Positions 58,435 to 64,000 of a DNA stretch of 64,000 nt are shown here, in pieces. The notes under the pieces were generated by a model. That model searched no databases and was not told where the DNA came from. It saw only the letters and a program-made list of their open reading frames with translations. Location: assembly GCA_001949185.1 (NCBI GenBank), contig BDGG01000004.1, positions 2,670,912-2,734,911 of the forward strand, written 5' to 3'. This DNA comes from Ramazzottius varieornatus (lineage: Eukaryota > Animalia > Tardigrada). The first letter of the stretch is position 1, and each line of letters starts with the position of its first letter. The position numbers were made by a program, and so were the translations under genes.

Positions 58435-59330
58435 TACGTGTGCTCTTCTACCGTTCTGTGGTAGATCGAGTGTCTGTTTAATATCAAATCTACCGAGCTG
58501 CTCGAATCCACTTCCTTGTGGGCGTAAAAAGCCGCATGTTTGAACTATTTCGACTGAAGCGTCACAACAGAATAACAAAATATGTGACGATCAGGCCGGG
58601 TACAGGCGTGCCTGAGCAGAAATTTAAGCTTCCCGACGCAAACAATGCAAGTTCGAAGCTCTAACAAGACCTCGCAATGACATAAAAAAGTTAGGGTTGC
58701 TCGAGTACGGGTCTCTAAGAGCGTTTATCTGCATGACCCGTTTTGCATTTGAGCATTGAGTAGTGTAGGATATTTTTAAAATTGATTGTAAAATCCAGCT
58801 GGCTGTTGACGTGCGTAACCGGTTTTTCGCTACGTCAGGCCCCGACGACTTCCCTCTGCGAATACCAAGTTCATGACGGCTCAAATGGCGACAAGCACGA
58901 GCGCTTATCGCGGAAAACTAGCCATAAAACTGAAGTACCCCACCTGTTACACCCTGGGCGTTGTGGAGAGTTTCAGTTCGTTCGCTCATCATCAGCGCTG
59001 GTATTGCGAGCTTACCTTGTCCGGACGAGTTTCGGGATGTAATTAAAGAACATCAAGGCCGTCTCAAAGATTTTTTAGGAAAATATCCGGTCCAGTTTCT
59101 TCTGTTTCTCAATGACAGTTACCGGATTTCAAAGAAAGTTATTGAAGTTGTACTATAATTATAAGAACCCATTACAGAGGCTCTCTAAAGATGGCGCTTT
59201 TGTCGGTAATTTCCTGCCACAGCTGTCCCTTATAGACCAAGTTATCACAGAATTTCAAATGTGAAGTTAGTATATACCTATTGAAAAACTATTCTACTGT
59301 TTTTATGTTCACAGTTAAACTAAGTGCAGG

Positions 59331-62300
59331 ATGCCTGTGTCCCAAACTTCCACGGATTGCAGCGAGGGTTTCGGAAATGCCGCGAGTGTCCTGATGGCGG
59401 CGTTAGCTGAAATGGATTTCATCATAGCAGGTAAGCACTATGGTACTATACCCACGGCTTTCGCACTGTTCAACATTACACGAGGACTTATGTCGTCTCT
59501 TACAGAATCTAAGTTCTCACTGGACAACCACTCGACCTCCAGTTCGTGTAGCACTTCCGGAACGCCCAAGTTGAATGGCGCCACCTACACTAACGGGAAT
59601 ACTTCTGCTTCTCAATCGGCGGTTTCTCCAGCAACTCTTTCGACCGCGATTAATAACCTTAAGATGAAAGCCAAACAGCAGAATGGAACAGTGAAGACCT
59701 CTCAAGAGTTCTCAACGCCTCACTACCCAACAGAAAACAACAGTCGGCGAGAGTCGGTGGCGAAAGAGGAAGTAAACAAGCCTACATCACCAGAGCCTTT
59801 GTCCATCATAACCCAATTAGCCGAAGAGCTCAGGTTGCAGCTTGAGTTAAGTGACGAACCTGCAAGTTCCTCGTCGACCAGAGCGGTCGCAACAACCATT
59901 CAAGCACTACAAGGATGGCTCGAGCAGTCGAAAGAGAATAAACCCGATAACGCCGGAAACGAAACTCCATTGTCTAAGGTAAGGTACATATCATTACATG
60001 TGCCATGTGTGAAATTAGTATCTCTTTTTGAATTACTTTAGGATTAGAAGGAAAACGCATTAGGTAATCCGCCTAGATTATAGGTTATTATTCCATAACC
60101 CACTATAACATAGCCGGAGGGTAGGAAAAGGCACGGCTAAAAGGAAAGAAGCTGTGCTGACGGCGGAAGAGCGGATGTTCTTTCCGTGAAACTGCAGAAG
60201 TGGAGCATACGTAGGAATGAAGACAGGTTTATTTTGGGCTCGGCTCAGAAGGGAAGTTGCGGTTTGTTACAAAAAGAGCGTGATCTTATTACGGAGTGCT
60301 CGTCTTCTGACAACAGCCCAGGCGGATGTCAGGCAAGCCGCTTCCAGCTCTTTTCGAGCTTCGTTCGTTGCATCCAGTTGATCATTACAGGCGATGCTTA
60401 CTGTGTTTCCTGCGTGTTTCTTGTTCTGGTGTTCTGGGATTGATTATACTCGATTACGCTGCCTACAGCTTTTAGTGGAATGAATCGTCGTGACCGACTT
60501 TCGAACCTGGTCAAACATGTCTGCCATGTTCAGCTTCTGACAGGAACTTCACAGCTTCATGAGGCTTCGACAGATTTCGAGACTTACGTGCGTGACTGAC
60601 GAGGAAAACGTTGGCTTCAAGAGAAGTCCATACGGTATTCTTTATACGAACGCTCAATCGTCTTGGATAACTGCAGTATGTCCAACTCAAATCCTTCCCC
60701 TCACCATTCGGATAAGACTTGGAACGTCAACTCGTTATTGCAAGAAAGCCCCACGAGCCCTTATGGGCGAGCTCGAGGGGAGTATGCAGGTTATCCCGCG
60801 GACCATACTTGGCCCAATCCGCATGGATCCTTGTCTTCCCTAAAGTCAGCTGGCAGTACAGGAAGTTTACCTCGGACGAATCGACGAGCGACCGACGATG
60901 CGATGCAAAACCTGCAAGCACGGATGCGAGCTCGCAGCCGAAGTCCACAGATTCGACGGCGACCCTCTTCCTTGTTGCTTTGTACCGATGTTCATTGCCA
61001 CAACTGTAACGGTAGTTCGGCGGCATTGTCCCCGGATAACTACACTTATCGTCATCCAGGATGTTCCCAGTGCTGGGAGGAAACACATGCTAAGGTTTGA
61101 GAAGCTTGGTTCGCGATGAATTAAGTCAGTTGTTGTAAAGAACTAAGCACACTTCCGCATATGTGGAGCACATGACTGAGCTATATGCCTGGAGCCACGG
61201 TTTATGAGGGTGTTTGCGAACAAAACGAGCATAAAAATGTCGAAAAAGACCGCGAGTATCTCAAGAATATCGCCACGCCTGAATGATAATCTTTTTACAA
61301 TGGGCGATCCGGTGTGTCATAACCTTGTTCGTTCTTTCGTCAATCGACACTTCAGGCAGTCTTTGATTTCACTGTACTCGCAAAGCGGTTGTTCGATCCT
61401 AGCCAACCAAACTGTGAGCGGATCCCTTTTCCTGAAGAACGGATTCACAGTTTTTTCTTCCTGTTTTGACTAGGGAGATGCGAACAATGGGTACAGCGTT
61501 TCTGACAAACACTCGGACGCAGTACAGCGTGCTGAAGGAGAACGGGACAATCTGCAAGCGCAACTCAACCTGAGCTTCGAACAGACTCAGACGCAAAGAG
61601 AAAAGATCCGGGAACTCGAGGACCTGTTGCTTGAGAAGAGTTTACAACTGGAAAGTACGGAAGATCTGCTAAGAGAGGTGAGAGCGCATCATAGTCTGAG
61701 TAATAAACCATTCTCTCGTGAGATTGTCATGCTTGTCTGCTCGAGGCCAAAGGTTAATATCTGATCACTTTCTAGTGTGATAAGATAACAAGACTATTTA
61801 ATAAGAGTATATCTCGGCAATTCGTGAATTAGATAGATCTGTGCGGTTCCGATGACCTTCTCGCCATATATTTCTCATCGTCCTGGAGAGCTCGAACTAA
61901 ATGTTCTGATGACGTTTCCCAAATCCATACACGGCATATACAGTATTTTCGGAAACAATCTTCACAGAATTTGTTTGTGTATTAACAGGAGATGCTTTCG
62001 CGCTCCCAGCTCCAAACGGATTTGTATAACAAGCTGAATCTTTTGACGGAAATGAAAGGCATAAAAGTCCCCGGTGGAGCGTTATCTTCCCATTCTGCAT
62101 CGACCAACGGCGCTTCCCAGGTACTAAAAAGGGGCAGAAGTTTTGCGCTGTATTTGCTCTAGATATTATTTGATCTGCGAGTCTTTCAAACTTTGTGCTC
62201 GGAGCGCGGGTTACTTTCAGTGATGCTTCGAATTCGACATCTTTTTGTTTCGAAGGTCCAACATGGCTCCACCGAGAACTTGAATGGTACTGGCTCCCGG

Positions 62301-64000
62301 CAGTCTCCAGCCCATCTCATGCATCAGCTACGTTCAGGTATTTGATTGCACAATTCTACAATGCCTCGCTCGATGAACTTTTCTGTATTGATATTAAAGT
62401 TTTCAGCTGTGACTGAGTACCGAGTCTTACTATGCAACAGGCATCTGGAAGTCTTTCTATTTCAGAATATGAGCTGGAGAAACTCAAAAGGATGGTAGAA
62501 CTGTTAACGATCAAAGTCGATCAAAAGGATCTCCGCATTCGCGAACTGGAGAGCCAACTGAAGCTACAGTCAAATTTTCGAGGTTAGAAAACCGGATTTT
62601 TTGCGCATCTCATAAACTGCAACTTCGAGTTCTTCGATTAAATTTTCGGCATTCGATTGCAGAGACAGACCTGAACCATCGAAAAGTGGATGTTTCACAG
62701 TCACGCGATGGCGGCAGAAAGCCACCTGTTGTTACTCGCCCACTGACGAACGGGAACAAAACCAGAAGTAATCCTTTGGCAACCTTGAATCTGCAACAAT
62801 TGGGCAAGTCCACCGGATCAGACGAGAGCTTGGTCGTAAGTTAATCTCGGTTTCTCGTTCGGAAGTGTGCCCCGTGAAAACGCCTTTATCACTGCAGCGG
62901 TATACAGAGTCGATAACGTCGGACCGAAGTGGGTTGAATGGAGTAGACGGTCGATCGCATCGTCGGGACTCATCCAGTAGGTCCAATGGGCACAATAGCA
63001 CATTGCGTTCCCGCAGTGTTGACGGGCGTTCGGTGCGTTCGACGACGGACTCGAAGAACGATGCTGCTGGTTTTTCGTTTGTCAGTCATCGCGAGCAGCA
63101 CTCTTTTCGGGTCTCTCCATTGTCACCTTCTAAAAGCTTTGCTGAAAAGCTCTGCCTTCCGTCCATGTCCTCTTCCTTTAGCTATCTTAGACAGAACAGC
63201 CTTATCAGTGATCCGGAAACCAATGCCCATGAATTCATGCGCTGCAATAGCGTCCCTAATCAGCTGGGAAGACTGGGTGCGTAAGGTGGCGGGCTAGCTT
63301 CGCTTTTTGGTCCTCGTATTGTATTTCCCTCTGTGTCAGTCTGTGATGTACCTCTTTTTCCTTTTTCTTTCCAACTCTATCAGAAAACGTTTCAAGACAA
63401 ATGCATTCTTGAGCTGGCTAACAATTGAAGTCGTGGGTTATGTGAAATGTTATGCTTCACTGCAGGTAGTGAATCAGATTCGATACGAATTCGCTCTTCT
63501 ACGCCCAAAAGCGCCACATCTGAAGACGCGAAACTCAACTTAAAAAAGTTCTTCGAAAAGTATGTTTCTGCCAGACCTAGCTCAAACTCGGGAGCCAGCT
63601 CGTTCGGTTCACGATCCTTCTTACGGTTTTATTTCGTCTCACTGTAGGTTCACGCGGGGCAGTTCGTCGAACCTGAACGATCCTAGGGCCAATAACGGGC
63701 ACTTCAAAAGAGGCGGGGTTCGTGCCACTGCTGGTCCGCGCTTGAACCTTGGTACTAATGGTTCGATCCGGAGAAAGCCGTTGTAAGTTCCATACAGGCA
63801 ATTGCAAGACTAATCCACGCCTTAGAACTACGTTCTCACACTTTTTTCTTCCATCTTTGACAGGGATTTCAGTGTGCCATTGCGACAGTGGGACCATGCT
63901 ACTTTGTTCCAGTGGCTGGAAGAATACGTGCAAATTCCGATCTCCGCCCATGGGAAACGAGGTTTGATGGACGGAGAGCAAATTCTCAAAGCCACTTCCG
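59331..64000 (+). CDS. PPFIBP: liprin-beta, 5' part (runs off the window end)
   Basis: Motifs ASVLMAALAEMDFIIAG, coiled coil QTQREKIRELEDLL...TEDLLREEMLSRSQLQT, hallmark FKRGGVRATAGPRL, and the start of the first SAM domain WDHATLFQWLEE. Confidence 0.9.
60678..61094 (+). CDS. putative alternative first coding exon of liprin-beta
   Basis: Open 139-codon frame (MSNSNPSPHH...CSQCWEETHAK) in the large intron. It ends at AAG|GTTTGA in phase 0, compatible with the phase-0 acceptor at 61474. Confidence 0.5.

Overview
This is gene-dense metazoan DNA. Introns are very short (about 50-100 nt, GT-AG), intergenic gaps are small and GC is moderate. The architecture and gene content suggest a compact ecdysozoan genome such as a tardigrade, but that is an inference. 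Recognisable genes, in order: WAVE/SCAR; a Klarsicht-like KASH protein; malic enzyme; CDC40/PRP17; a protein of 12 thioredoxin-like repeats with two alternative C-termini; RSK; a compact Jelly-belly-like LDLa ligand; a coiled-coil protein; a small Ly6/uPAR-type GPI protein absent from the ORF track; SLC25A11; GAPDH; OLA1; an Sp1-4 class transcription factor; and the 5' part of liprin-beta. The 38.9-47.8 kb interval holds several DNA transposons: a TA-flanked TIR element carrying a non-transposase transcription unit, two MITEs, a 730-bp foldback inside a GAPDH intron, and a full-length but dead Tc4/Tc5-type element. The most unusual items are (1) a disrupted gene joining an RPA70-C-like zinc/OB fold to a 53BP1-like tandem Tudor domain, (2) the cargo-carrying TIR element, (3) an orphan secreted peptide precursor whose stop codon sits in a hairpin loop, and (4) a candidate structured ncRNA between RSK and jeb. 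Exon boundaries were read by eye and no searches were run.
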